64,000 bases of DNA from Octopus vulgaris (taxonomy: Eukaryota): contig OX597827.1 in assembly GCA_951406725.2 (NCBI GenBank), forward strand, positions 18,786,001 to 18,850,000, given 5' to 3'. Positions 13,360 to 27,360 of this stretch are shown one piece after another. Under the pieces are notes generated by a model. It was not told the DNA's origin and did not search any database. It worked only from the letters and a program-made list of their open reading frames with translations. Position 1 is the stretch's first letter; the number at the start of each line of letters is the position of its first letter. Position numbers and translations under genes: made by a program.

Positions 13360-13777
13360 TCTTTTACTCTTTTACTTGTTTCAGTCATTTGACTGCGGCC
13401 ATGCTGGAGCACCGCCTTTAGTCGAGCAAAGTCGACCTCGGCGGAATTTGAACTCAGAACGTAGCGGCAGATGAAATACCGCTAAGCATTTCGCCCGGCG
13501 TGCTAAACATTCACTCTATGCTGATTGGTGATACTGTATGGGCAGATTTTCGAAATCCAATGAATCTTTATACATTTATACAGTTAGGAAATTATACAAA
13601 TATACTTTTTCAAGGAGATATGATAAACCTATTGTAATGGGTAATAATACTACATGTACTTTTCATATTTTTTATATTTTGATGTAATTCTTTGGATCAA
13701 TAATGTTTGCGGCTGAAGAGAGCTTCAAACCATCTTTTATATCAATAATATATCAATAATACACTGATGTAATAACT

Positions 13778-13992
13778 ACCATTGACGTAGTTCTCAGGGT
13801 GATTCAGCGTGACACAGAGTGTGACAAAGCTGGCTCTTTGGAATACAGGTACTAATCATTTTTGGCAGCTGATTGGACCGGAGCAACGTGAAATAAAGTG
13901 CCTTGCTCAAGGACACAACGCGTCGCCGGGAATTGAACGTACGACCTTATGATCGTGAGCCAAGTGCCTTAACCACTAAGCCACGCGCCTTC
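13778..13992 (-). mobile_element. tRNA-derived SINE (SINE-R related)
   Basis: Minus head GAAGGCGCGTGGCTTAGTGGTTAAGG..GTTCAATTCCC. Confidence 0.85.
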
Positions 13993-14228
13993 ACAATACA
14001 TATATATATATATGTGTGTGTGTCTGTCTGTCTGTCTGTCTGTAAGTCTCTCTGTCTGTCTGTCTGTATATATGTATGTATATATGTATGTATGTATGTA
14101 TGTATACAAGAAAAGCTGCAAGCAAGGGCGTGCGCGAAAGATTTGTAATAAGTGCAATGTGGACGAAAGTGATTGAGGGTGGGGCAAATTGAACTGTCTG
14201 GCTTGGTGCAATATGGCATCGTTCGCCT

Positions 14229-14268
<40 letters not shown>

Positions 14269-14525
14269 ATATCATCATCATCGTCTTCGTCGTCGTTGTT
14301 GTTATTCTGTTGTAGCTGTTGTTATACTTTTGGAGCGAGACATGTACGCTTCGTGGCAATGACTTGCAATAGTCTCTTTTCTTTAGACACACTCGATATG
14401 TCTCTGGACATTCACTATATTGTCAACAATGTTGTCTTCTATGTTGTCTTCGTTTCTTGCTTTCTGTCCTTTTTCTCCTTTTCTTCAAGTATATATACAT
14501 TATACATTATATATATACATACATA

Positions 14526-15831
<1,306 letters not shown>

Positions 15832-15859
15832 TATATATATACATATATATTTACATATG

Positions 15860-16145
15860 TGAAGGCGCAATAGCCCAGTGGTTAGGGAAGCGTACTCGCG
15901 GTTGTAGGATCGCTGTTTCGATTCCGGGCGTTGTGAGTGTTTATTGAGCGAAAACACCTAAGGCTCCACGAGGCGATCCCTGCTGTACTCTTTCGCCACA
16001 ACTTTCTGTCACTTTTTCTTCTGTTGGCCTGCTCGCTTAGCCAGCGGGGTGGCGTCATTTGAAGGCTAAAACAATGCGAAGCGCATTGTGACCAGCGATG
16101 TGTACCAACATCTGATTGCCTGGTCGGATACGGTGATCACGGTGA
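15860..16145 (+). mobile_element. SINE-R
   Basis: GGCGCAATAGCCCAGTGGTTAGGG head; homologous to 51634-51910. Confidence 0.88.
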
Positions 16146-16149
16146 TATT

Positions 16150-16223
<74 letters not shown>

Positions 16224-16267
16224 TATGTATGTGTATATATATGTTTGTGTGTGTGTGTGTGTGTCAG

Positions 16268-16447
16268 CATGAGTGGCTGTGTGGTAAGAAGCTTGCTTTC
16301 CAACCACATAGCTCCAGGTTCAGTCTCACTGCGTGGCATCTTTGGTAAGTGTCTTCTACTATAGCTTCGAGCCGACCAACGCCTTGTGAGTAGATTTGGT
16401 AGGCGGAAACTGAAAGAAGCCCGTTGTACATACATATATATACATAC

Positions 16448-16480
<33 letters not shown>

Positions 16481-16504
16481 CATACATACACACACACACA
16501 CACG

Positions 16505-16543
<39 letters not shown>

Positions 16544-16725
16544 TTGTTTATGTGTCTGGGTTTGCCCATCCCCTATCACTTGACAACTGATATCTGTGTG
16601 TTTACGTCGCCGTAACTTTGCCTTTCGGCTAAATAGACCTATAGAATGAGTTCTAGGCTTATAAAGAATTGAGTCCTGCGCTCGGTTCGTTCCAATATCG
16701 CTGCATTCAAGTAAAAGAATAAAAG
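16268..16725 (+). mobile_element. SINE-K, diverged
   Basis: GAGTGGCTGTGTGGTAAG head, expanded internal microsatellite, degenerate tail. Confidence 0.85.
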
Positions 16726-16792
16726 AATATGTGTGTGTGTGGGTGGGGTGTATTTTGAAAAATAAATACATATATATTTGTAGAAAGTAAAA

Positions 16793-17017
16793 TATTTACA
16801 CAGTCGATTGGTTTCGCTTATTCTAATCATCACAAAGAAGTTAGTGATAATGTTTTCATTTCATGGCAAAATAACAAGTTTTCATTCTATGTTTGTAGCG
16901 TGTAACAGTATCTATTCTCTCACTAACAGGGAATGAAAATTATGACAGCATGAAATCATAGCATTATTACTAACTACTTAGTATGATTAGCATAAGCGAA
17001 ACCGGTCGACTATGTAA
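16793..17017. mobile_element. Inverted pair of decayed hammerhead-like ends (Penelope-like)
   Basis: ~40-bp inverted repeats ATGATTAG(C/A)ATAAGC-GAAA-CCGG-TC-GACT; CTGATGA box damaged. Confidence 0.45.
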
Positions 17018-17065
17018 CTATTTAATTTCATAAAAAAATTTTTCCAACATGAATTTTCTGTCCAT

Positions 17066-17134
<69 letters not shown>

Positions 17135-17155
17135 TAGGTAGGTAGGTAGGTAGGT

Positions 17156-17213
<58 letters not shown>

Positions 17214-17237
17214 CTCGTTCAGAGATTTATTATATCT

Positions 17238-17289
<52 letters not shown>

Positions 17290-17968
17290 CTAGATTGTTA
17301 GAGGACGTAAACACACCAGCATCGAACTAACTACCCCATGATTGTGAGCCCAACGCTCTAACCACTGAGCCATGCACCTCTACACACACTCACACACACA
17401 CACATGTATGTATGAATATACATATATTTATACATATATACATAATATATGCATAAGTATAGAAGTGCGCGTGTGTGTGTGTGCGTGTGTGTGTGTGTGC
17501 GTGTATGTGTGTGTGCGTGTATGTGTGTGTGTGTTACCCAAAAGTTTTTTAGATTTACCTGTCGAGGATTTGGCAAATAATCCAGAGATTCGATCAGAGA
17601 GGAAAGACATCGATCTCTTGTAACTCGATTTGGTAACTCTGAGAACTTTAATGGATTACATCTCAGTACTGACAAGAAGCGGATGTGCATGGCTTGGTGG
17701 TTAGGATGCTGGACTCATGATCGTAAGACTGTGGCTTCGATCCCACGACTGGGAAATGCGTTGTGTTTTTTTTTTTTGTTTTTTTTTTGGTAAAACACTT
17801 CATTCCACATTCTTCGCGTCCACTCCGCTGGCAAAATTCTTCGCGGCAAATCTTCCGTCTCTTTTGTTCTGATTTTAGATACTGTCGAGATGGACTTTAC
17901 CTTTTATGCTCTCGGAATCGATGAGACTAAAAGAATTACCATTTGAAAACTGGGGACCTACATACTCA

Positions 17969-18348
<380 letters not shown>

Positions 18349-18410
18349 TATAATCGCTTGAAATTACTGAGAAATTACTGCGACTGAGCGGCGTCGTGTT
18401 CAGGGAGGAG

Positions 18411-18546
18411 TATATAAGCCGGAGAAAGCGGGGAAAACCAGTCTTGTGCTCCTTATGAAGTATTGTGGACTAACGTAACTTTCCACGAGGGAAGATATTG
18501 AGTCATGCAGGAAGGAAGGACACTGTCGCCGACAGATGAGGTAAGA
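18411..18546 (+). promoter_or_regulatory. Candidate TATA promoter plus first coding exon (MQEGRTLSPTDE)
   Basis: TATATAA 18411-18417, Inr-like CCAGTC with A at 18440, ATG 18505, donor GAG|GTAAGA at 18540/18541. Confidence 0.4.
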
Positions 18547-18843
18547 CACCTCCAGGATGAGTTTGAAGATAAAACGTCATGGAACCTCTCGTCGTAGTCG
18601 TCGTCGTCGTTTCGTTGTTGTTCTTGTTGTTGTTGTTGTTGTTAGTGTTGTTTTTTTGCTGGAGTTTGACTGCCAAGAACCTACCTGAGAATGTTGTTTC
18701 GATTAGGATTCTCATTAATCACGAACAAACATAAATAAACAAATAAAACGAACAAAACAGATAACTACGTAAAGCAAAAATATTTCAAATAAAATAAAAT
18801 AAAATAAAATAAAATAAAATAAAATATGAATTGGTTGTCTTTG

Positions 18844-18906
<63 letters not shown>

Positions 18907-19023
18907 TGTGTATGTGTGTGTGTATTAGTGTGTGTACCTATATACGTGAGTGGGGGTTATTGTTGACTGTTGAATGTTGAATGTCGTCGATGGAGACAGA
19001 GAGGGAGAGAGAGATAGAGACAG

Positions 19024-19054
<31 letters not shown>

Positions 19055-19159
19055 TAGACAGATAGAGTTCCACAGACAGAATTAATTTGGTTCTGATAGT
19101 TTCTGGTGTTGTTTCAAGCGGCGGAGGAGTGTTTAATAACAATAGCACCATCTTGTCAA

Positions 19160-19680
19160 AGAGAGAGAGAGAGAGAGAGAGAGTGTGTGTGTTTGAGAGA
19201 GAGAGAGAGAGTGTGTGTATGTGTGAGAGAGAGAGAGAGAGTGTGTGTATGTGTGTGAGAGAGAGTGTGTATGTGTGTGAGAGAGAGAGAGAGAGTGTGT
19301 GTATGTGTGAGAGAGAGAGAGTATGTGTGTATGAGAGAGGGAGAGTGTGTGTGTGTGTGTGAGAGAGAGAAAGAGTGTGTGTGTGTGTGTTTGAGAGAGA
19401 GAGAGAGAGAGAGTGTGTTTGTGTGTGTGCGTGTGAGAGAGAGAGTGTGTGCGTGTATCTGTGAGAGAGAGAGTGCGTGTATGTGTGTGTGAGAGAGAGA
19501 GAGTTTGTGCGTGTGTGTGAGAGAGAGAGACAGACAGACTGACAGACAGGCAAACAGAGATAGAGAGAGGGAGAGAGAAAAAGAGGGAGAGAGGGAGAGA
19601 GGGAGAAAGAGTGAGAGAGAGAGAGAAGGTGAGAGAGAAAGAGAGAAAGAGGGAGAGAGAGGGGGGGAGAGAAATTAGAG
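19160..19680. repeat. Compound (GA)n/(GT)n microsatellite with higher-order units
   Basis: Repeating GAGAGA..GTGTGTGTATGTGT blocks. Confidence 0.95.
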
Positions 19681-19774
19681 AAAGACAAAGTGAGGCAGAG
19701 AGAAAAGTAAAGACAAATTAAAATTTCCAACTGTGAGGTGTTGTATTTCGATGCACTGTGAGAAAGAAATACAT

Positions 19775-19916
<142 letters not shown>

Positions 19917-20021
19917 CATACAACACACACACACACACGCACACCACACAGACACATACACACACACATACAAACATCTGTGTATGCATGCATATGTATA
20001 TATAAATATATATATATATAT

Positions 20022-20083
<62 letters not shown>

Positions 20084-20249
20084 CGTATGGTTCCTTTGTG
20101 TATCAGAGCTTAGCTCTTTCCGTCTATTCTTTCACCTAAATAGTCTTGTGTCTTAGACTCAAATAATTAATAATTTCATAAATATTGGTTAAGCTCTTTT
20201 CATGAGAAATACCTCAGCGAGGCTAATTATGCTCTGTCCTGTAGAGCAA

Positions 20250-20610
20250 ATATGCCTCCGGTTACCAAGTATGTATGCTCCTGGGTAGCTAATTCCATGA
20301 GATTGTTTTACCACATGTCTGTTTGGGAATGCGACTGTCCGATTCTCGGTAGATTTGTCTGTTCAGAGCAGACTTAAAGCCAATATCTGTGACTGTTGGT
20401 CACAGAGACATTCTGCCCCCCACCTTTTTTTTTACACTGCTTCGTGAAATATATAGCTCTCGAAACAGATCGCTCTTTAGAAGATTGCGCGCTACGATGT
20501 AAAATCATGCAGGCTTTTATTCTATCGTATATCAGCTTGTAAATTTCTGTTGTATTCTTACACTTTATACAGACATATGTCATGTCTCCAAGAAATTCGT
20601 AATTCTCTTG
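20250..20610 (-). pseudogene. Highly decayed RTE-like LINE remnant
   Basis: Minus-strand peptides LRISWRH and DSRIPKQ typical of RTE ORF C-termini. Confidence 0.4.
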
Positions 20611-20760
20611 ACGCTAGTTGAGCACTTTTGTGTAGGTACTTAACATATAGAGGTACACTCTAATGTCAGTTGAAAGATTATCTACTCGATAACAATACCT
20701 ACATACATACATACATACATACATACATACATACATACATACATACATACATACATACAT

Positions 20761-21299
20761 GGTGGCTGCTCCCTCGTTATCGAGTATGGCCCTTGCACGA
20801 AGCCTAATCAATGTTGTTATTGTGCAATGCATGTGCAAAAAGATTTTTTTTTAAAGTGAGGAAAGGCTGTGAACTGAGTCAATCCCACTCACTAAGCAAC
20901 AGCAGTCATAATCCGAAAAGAAGAACAAGTCAACATCATCGGTAACCACTGAGCCGCAGGTTTTATGTCGTAGTTAACCCAGTTACCTGAGTTACCTTCT
21001 CCTAGAAGGATGCCCTAACAAAGGCTACGAGTCCTTCACTCCCAATGGTTTAACCACGCGATCGGGTATTCAGTCCGATTATTTCTATGTCCCCGCGCAT
21101 GATACATCCTTAAGACATTTATTGGATGGCCGTTGACTCTCAAGAGTTCCTTCGCCCTTTGACGGGTTTTGTTTTTCATCCCGAAAGGTGTCCAATAAAC
21201 ACCCTCCTTACCAAGCAAGCTTGGTGGGGTTGCCGGTTTAGTCGCCGACGACCCGACCATGCAACAGGTTGTACTGGGTTAGATGTTACCAATAGCACT
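20761..21299 (-). mobile_element. Non-autonomous RTE-derived element, copy 1
   Basis: Homologous to 23084-23586 and 61446-61904; GGGCATCCTTCTAGGAGAAGGTAACTC resembles the RTE 5' UTR motif; (ATGT)n flanks. Confidence 0.75.
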
Positions 21300-21504
21300 A
21301 CATACATACATACATACATATACATACATACATACATACATACGTACATACGTACATACATACATACATACATAAATACATACATACAATCATACATACA
21401 TACATACATACATACATACATACATACATACATACATACATACATACATACATACATGCATGCATACATACATACATACATACATACACACATACATATA
21501 CATA

Positions 21505-22215
21505 TGGTTGTATGATAAGAAGTTTGCTTCCCATCCACATTATTCCGGGTTCAGTTCCACTGCGTGGCACCTCGGGCAAGTTCCTTCTACTTTAGCCTCG
21601 AGCTGACCAAAGCCTTGTGAGTGGATTTGGTTGACGGAAACTGAAAGAAGCCCGTCGTATATACATATATATGTGTGTGTATGTGTATGTGTGTGTATGT
21701 ATGGATGTATGTATGAACGTGTGTATGTATGTACGCGAGTGTGTCTTTATGTCTGTTTGTCTCCCCCCTCCGTTTGACAGCCGATTTTGGTGTGCTCGCG
21801 TCCCCGTAAAATAGCGGTTCGGCAAAAGGGAACGATAGGTTAAGTACTAAGCTTAAGAAAAATCCTTAGGTCGATCTGTTCGACTAAAAGCCTTCAAGAA
21901 TTTTTAGTCGAACGAATCGATCCCAGTACTTTTTTTTACTCTATCGGGTCTCTTTAATCGAACCTCTAAGTTACGGGGCACATAAGCGGACCACCACCAT
22001 TTGTCAAGCGGCGGTGGGGGACAGACACAGACACAAACACACATACACACACACACATTCACACACATTATGTACGGCAGGCTTACAGTTTCCGTCTTCC
22101 AAATTCACTCACAAGGCTTTGGTTGACACGAGGCCATACTAGAAGACGGTGTCACGCAGTGGGACTGATCCCGGAACCTTGTAGTTGGGAAGCAAGCTTC
22201 TTACTCCACAGCCAT
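21505..22215. mobile_element. Two tail-to-tail SINE-K copies
   Basis: Plus copy ~21505-21895, minus copy ~21900-22215. Confidence 0.8.
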
Positions 22216-22218
22216 TAC

Positions 22219-22312
<94 letters not shown>

Positions 22313-22397
22313 GTATATATATGTACACACACTTCACACGTGTGTATATATATATATTGTAAATATAATATGTGACAATTATTTTTTTCGATGGCCC

Positions 22398-22458
22398 GAT
22401 AACTGAAGAGGTGGCGGCGTGGATTTCCGCCCCGACATCCGAAACTCGGAGTTTTATC
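22398..22458 (+). ncRNA. Type I hammerhead ribozyme motif
   Basis: GATAA-CTGAAGA-GG..GGCGG/CCGCC..CC-GAAA-CTC-G-GAG-TT-TTATC. Confidence 0.7.
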
Positions 22459-22562
22459 ATGTCTACTGAATAATTGTCACATATTATATTTACAGATAAA
22501 TTCCTCTATTTACATAATATCGAGGTCTCTTTCATTCTTTTGTTGTCTTACCATTTCTATCA

Positions 22563-22626
<64 letters not shown>

Positions 22627-22871
22627 ATAAAGTTGCAGTTGGTGATGTATTTGCAGTTTAATTAATAAAGCATATTACTCTACCTCCGGTATTCGAGTAC
22701 TATTTTTTTCCTCCATCTTGATTCACATTTATGGGTTTACTCTCGTATATATATATATATATATATATATAGCGAATCCAGACAAGAACAAGCAAGAAAA
22801 AACAACAAAGCGAGGACGTGGAACAAGTACTGTGTTATTGGACGCTCAGTAAAGGAAAGAAAAGAAAGAGG

Positions 22872-22906
22872 ATTTGACGTTTCGAGCGGAGCTCTTCATC
22901 AGAAAT
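22872..22906 (-). ncRNA. Minimal (Penelope-type) hammerhead motif
   Basis: Minus: ATTT-CTGATGA-A-GAGC-TCC-GCTC-GAAA-C-GTC-AAAT inside a repeat at ~22770-22985. Confidence 0.75.
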
Positions 22907-23040
22907 ATAGAAAAAGTCCAAAGAAGGGAAGACGGAGAAAAAAACCCCACCAACGATACACATGGGGTCAAATACTGAAATGACCACATGCATCTATGTA
23001 TGTATGCATGTAAGTGTATGTATGTATGTATGTATGTATG

Positions 23041-23071
<31 letters not shown>

Positions 23072-23083
23072 TTAAGTGTATAA

Positions 23084-23586
23084 ATGGTCGGGTCATCTGT
23101 GACTAAACCGGCAACCCCAAGAAGCTTGCTTGGTGAGGAAGGTGTTTATTGGTCACCCTGCGGGATGAAAAACAAAACCCGTCAAAGGGCGGAGGAACTC
23201 TTGAGAGTCAACGGCCATCCAATAAATGTCTTAAGGCTGTACAATGCGCGGGGACATAGAAATAATCGGACTGAATATCCGATCGCACGGTTAAACCATT
23301 GGGAGTGAAGGACTTCTAGCCTTTGTTAGGGCATCCTTCTAGGAGAAGGTAACTCAGGTAACTGGGATAACTCTGACATAAAACCTGCGGCTCAGTGGTT
23401 ACCGATGATGTTGACTTGTTCTTCTTTTCGGATTATGGTTGCTGTTGCTTAGTGAGTGGGATTGACTCAGTGCACAGCCTTTGTTCACTTGAAAAAAAAA
23501 TCTTCTTGCACAGGCATTGCACGATAACAACATTGATTAGGCTTCGTGCAACGGCCATACTCGATAACGAAGGGGCAGCCACCACC
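23084..23586 (+). mobile_element. Non-autonomous RTE-derived element, copy 2
   Basis: As copy 1; ORF 23084-23308 open. Confidence 0.75.
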
Positions 23587-23958
23587 ATTTATGTGTATAT
23601 ATATGTATTTATGTGTATATACATAGATACATATGGATGTATATATGTATATGTGTTTGTGTAAAAGGCTCAGCTGCCGGTTAATTTTTCCGCAGAATGG
23701 TTTCACCCTTGTATCGCTTCACCAATTTTTCGGCGATGTTTAATCTGAGGCCCCTAAAAAAGGGAATAAAAACCTCATAACATGCAAGAGGAGAGAGATT
23801 AGTTTCTGTTTTATCGCTCATTATTTGTTTAGGGGTCACTTTATGATAATAAGGATTTCTCACTCAAACAATAAAACTGCATCGTCTTAAACCGTTATTA
23901 AACAATCTGATTTTCTGCAAAATGGAGCAAATGAGATCACAAGCGTTGTTAAAATCTG

Positions 23959-23974
23959 CCTTCCTTCCTTTCCT

Positions 23975-24022
<48 letters not shown>

Positions 24023-24545
24023 TCCTTCCTTCCTCCTCTCTTCCTTTCTTCCTCCCTCCCTCCTTCATTACCTCCTTTTCTTCCTTCCTTTCTTCTTTCC
24101 TCCCTCTCTTCCTTTCTTCCTTCCTTCCTTCCCCAAACTTTCTCTCCTTCCTTCCTTCCTCCCTCCCTCCCTCCCTTCCTTCCTTCCTCCCAGCTTCCTC
24201 CACCCTCCTTTCTTGTTCCATTCTTTCTTCTTTCCTCCCTCCTCCCTCCCTTTCTCCATTCCTTCCTTCCTTCCTACCTTCCTTTCCTTCCTTCTTTCTT
24301 TCTTTCCTTCCCTCCTTCCTTCCCTCCTTCCTCCCTCCCTCCCTTCCTTCCTTCCTTCCTTCCTTTCCTTCCTTCCTTCCTACCTTCCTTCCTTCCTTCC
24401 TTTCTTCCTCCCTCCCTTCCTTCCATCCTCCCTTCCTTCCTTCCTTCCTTCCTTCCTTCCTTCCTTCCTTCCTTCCCTCCTTTCTTCCTTTCCTTCTTCC
24501 TTTCCTTCCTTCCTTCCTTCCTTCCTTCCTTCCTTCCTTCCCTCC
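23959..24545. repeat. Polypyrimidine (CCTT)n/(CTTT)n tract
   Basis: ~590 bp almost pure C/T. Confidence 0.98.
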
Positions 24546-24935
24546 AGCCAGCTGTCTCTGAGGTCCTGAAAAAAAAAACTAAATAAAGAACCATGAGCGC
24601 TGCCGTTCCGAAGCTGACTAAACGGTAGAAAGGAAAAAGTGTTCCCGAGTTCAATTCCACTATAAGTGTCTTGGCTGTATCTTTCTCTTTTTTTTTTGTA
24701 ATTTTTTTTGTTTTTGTTGTCTATTTTTATATCTAAGGGACTTTATTCTCCTCTCTTTCAGTTCACCAACTGATGGTCGTGGTTAGAGGAGAAGCAGAAC
24801 ATATGTGGAGGGAAGGGTGAATATATATGTATGTGTCGTTGGGAGAAGGGGTGCAATAAGGGAACACTTACGAGTGGAGGGAGCAGGGTTTTTCGTAAAT
24901 GCTGGTCTGTCAAGTAACAACGTACGTGTCTTATT

Positions 24936-25023
<88 letters not shown>

Positions 25024-25429
25024 GCAGCATCATAACTGCCATCACCACCATTATCATAATCATCATCACCACTATCATCACCATGAAGCCATGAGCAACG
25101 CGGATCAAAACGAGACCATGTCCGCCTGGCCGTTAATGTACAACCGTTCATAACCTTCAAAGGTGGGTTTTACCAACAGTCTAACTCCTGCATGCTGCTC
25201 ATGACCAGAGACCTTCTCTCCACAGATATCTGCACTTATTCTAGTAAATTTTCTTGTAAATCGTTTAACAGTTGCTGTCTTTGGAAGCAATGTGAACTTC
25301 AGAGGCTTCTAGGATAAGATGTACTCCACTTCGTACATTCACTTTGCCTTTATTTCAGATGCGCATTCTTTTTTTAGGTTCTTATTTCTTTTCCTATTTT
25401 ACTTTTCCCACCGTATTCAATAATCTGTC

Positions 25430-25601
25430 AGGCGCAGGAGTGGCTGTGTGGTAAGTAGCTTGTTTACCAACCACGTGGTTCCGGGTTCAGTCCCACTGCG
25501 TGGCATCTTGGGCAAGTGTCTTCTGCTATAGCCCCGGGCCGACCAAAGCCTTGTGAGTAGATTTGGTAGACGGAAACTGAAAGAAGCCTGTCGTATATAT
25601 G

Positions 25602-25632
<31 letters not shown>

Positions 25633-25846
25633 GATTGTTTGTGTGTCTGTGTTTGTCCCCCTAGCATTGCTTGACAACCGATGCTGGTGTGTTTACGTCC
25701 CCGTAACTTAGTGGTTCGGCCAAAGAGACCGATAGAATAAGTACTGGGCTTACAATGAATAAGTCCCGGGGTCGATTTGCTCGACTAAAGGCGGTGCTCC
25801 AGCATGGCCGCAGTCAAATGACTGAAACAAGTAAAAGAGTAAGAGT
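25430..25846 (+). mobile_element. SINE-K, full-length reference copy
   Basis: GGCGCAGGAGTGGCTGTGTGGTAAG A box, GGTTCAGTCCC B box, internal (TA)(TG), tail GAAACAAGTAAAAGAGTAAGAG. Confidence 0.93.
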
Positions 25847-26312
25847 ACATTCAATGTCTTCCTTTTCATCGTCGCATGACAACGGGTAGTATTGCTGGTT
25901 ATAGCCAAGACCAAAGGCCTCTTTAGCTTTCGGTACTGAGGAGGAGGAGAACTCTTAAGCTATTTTCGGAATCACGATTTGTGTTTGTTTGCTAGCAGCA
26001 GTTATTGTTTTTTGGGACTGTCTTTGTTGTTCACTTATTCTCTGTTTCTCTTTCAAATGGCCCCTACTTCAATACATGTAACAACATAGTTTCGGAATGG
26101 CTCTATCTTCTTCGCTGGAAGTCACTGAAACGTGCCTGCACATAAACACCCCTCTGGGCCATATTGGTTTTTGCTAACTTCGTTGCTTAACACCTGTACA
26201 CAACGTACCACAATGGCAACGAAAAGCCAAATGTTAACGAAGGTCATCGCTGATATTCTTTACAGCGATTCTCGTGTTGCACCACCCTGTGTTGTAGCAC
26301 TAGTCTATAGAG

Positions 26313-26612
26313 TGGAGGCACATGGCCTAGTGGTTAGAGCAGCGGACTCGCGGTCGAGGGATTGCGGGTTCGAATCTCAGACCGGGCGTTGTGTGCGTTT
26401 ATGAGCGAAACACCTAAGCTCCACGCGGCTCCGGCAGAAGGTAATGGCGAAACTTCTGCTGACTCTTTCGCCACAACTTTCTCTCACTCTTTCCTCCTGC
26501 ATCTTGCAACTCACCTGCGACGGACCGGCGTCCCGTCCAGGTGGAGAACCTATACGCCAAGGAAACCGGGAAACCGGCCCTTATGAGCCGGGCATGGCTC
26601 GAGAAGGAACAA
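26313..26612 (+). mobile_element. SINE-R, full length with 14-bp TSD
   Basis: TSD ACTAGTCTATAGAG at 26299-26312 and 26613-26626; TGGCCTAGTGG and GGTTCGAATC boxes. Confidence 0.95.
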
Positions 26613-26943
26613 ACTAGTCTATAGAGACTAATTCGGCCTTTCCTTTCGTCCTATTGCTAATCGTGAAAATCAGACGTATGGTCCCATGAGTCCCAGCCTA
26701 ACCAGTGGAGAAAATATTGTTCCACACATCAGTCAGTACTGCATCCAGTTGATGCTATGAAAGTATAAATAAACCAGAAGGCTTTAGAGATGCAAGGTTA
26801 CATGAACTTCCTTTTAGTTCACTCTTAAAGACCTCAAGTACTGCAGTTCACAGCTGTATTACTCGTACAGGAGTAGCTATTAGTAAACTTTACCCCTGCT
26901 CCATCACATTAGTTTCTAAACTGAAACAGGATTTTGGCTTTTC

Positions 26944-27360
26944 GGATCTTTTCGGTTTGAACGGCAGTTCTAAACATAATTTCTAGGTAACTAAAAAATT
27001 TTAAACTTCGTATACTGGTAGAATGTGTTTATAAAACATCTTTTTCTCTTGGCTTTATTGAGAAAATTCTATAGTTTCTAAGATATTTGTTGTTTTTTTC
27101 TTCAGTTTCTGCAATTTCAACCAATCGATGACATCCATTGAGTTAAAAAACATTCTGTGCCGTATGAATATGTCCTTCGTTTAAGAAACAGATTGGGTTT
27201 CTTTACATATGTGAAGAAAAAAAGATACCCTTCCCCCCCACCCCTAACCCTAACCCTAAAACAGATTGAAATGCAATAGATCGATACTAGGGTCATAATT
27301 ATGGGTGGCAATTTCATATGACACCGCTAGAAAAAACTGCCGTTCAAACCGAAAAGATCC
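26944..27360 (+). mobile_element. MITE with ~26-bp TIRs and internal (CCCTAA)n, copy 1
   Basis: TIR GGATCTTTTCGGTTTGAACGGCAGTT; 8-bp TSD GGCTTTTC/GACTTTTC. Confidence 0.92.

Noticed and set aside
24899-25153. Poly-H/poly-Q ORF resembling a transcription-factor tract
   Set aside because: Explained by adjacent (CAT)n and (CAG)n microsatellites; flanking frames close quickly.
26313-26390. tRNA-like sequences with A and B boxes (many copies)
   Set aside because: They are SINE heads continuous with SINE bodies and TSDs; no complete cloverleaf.
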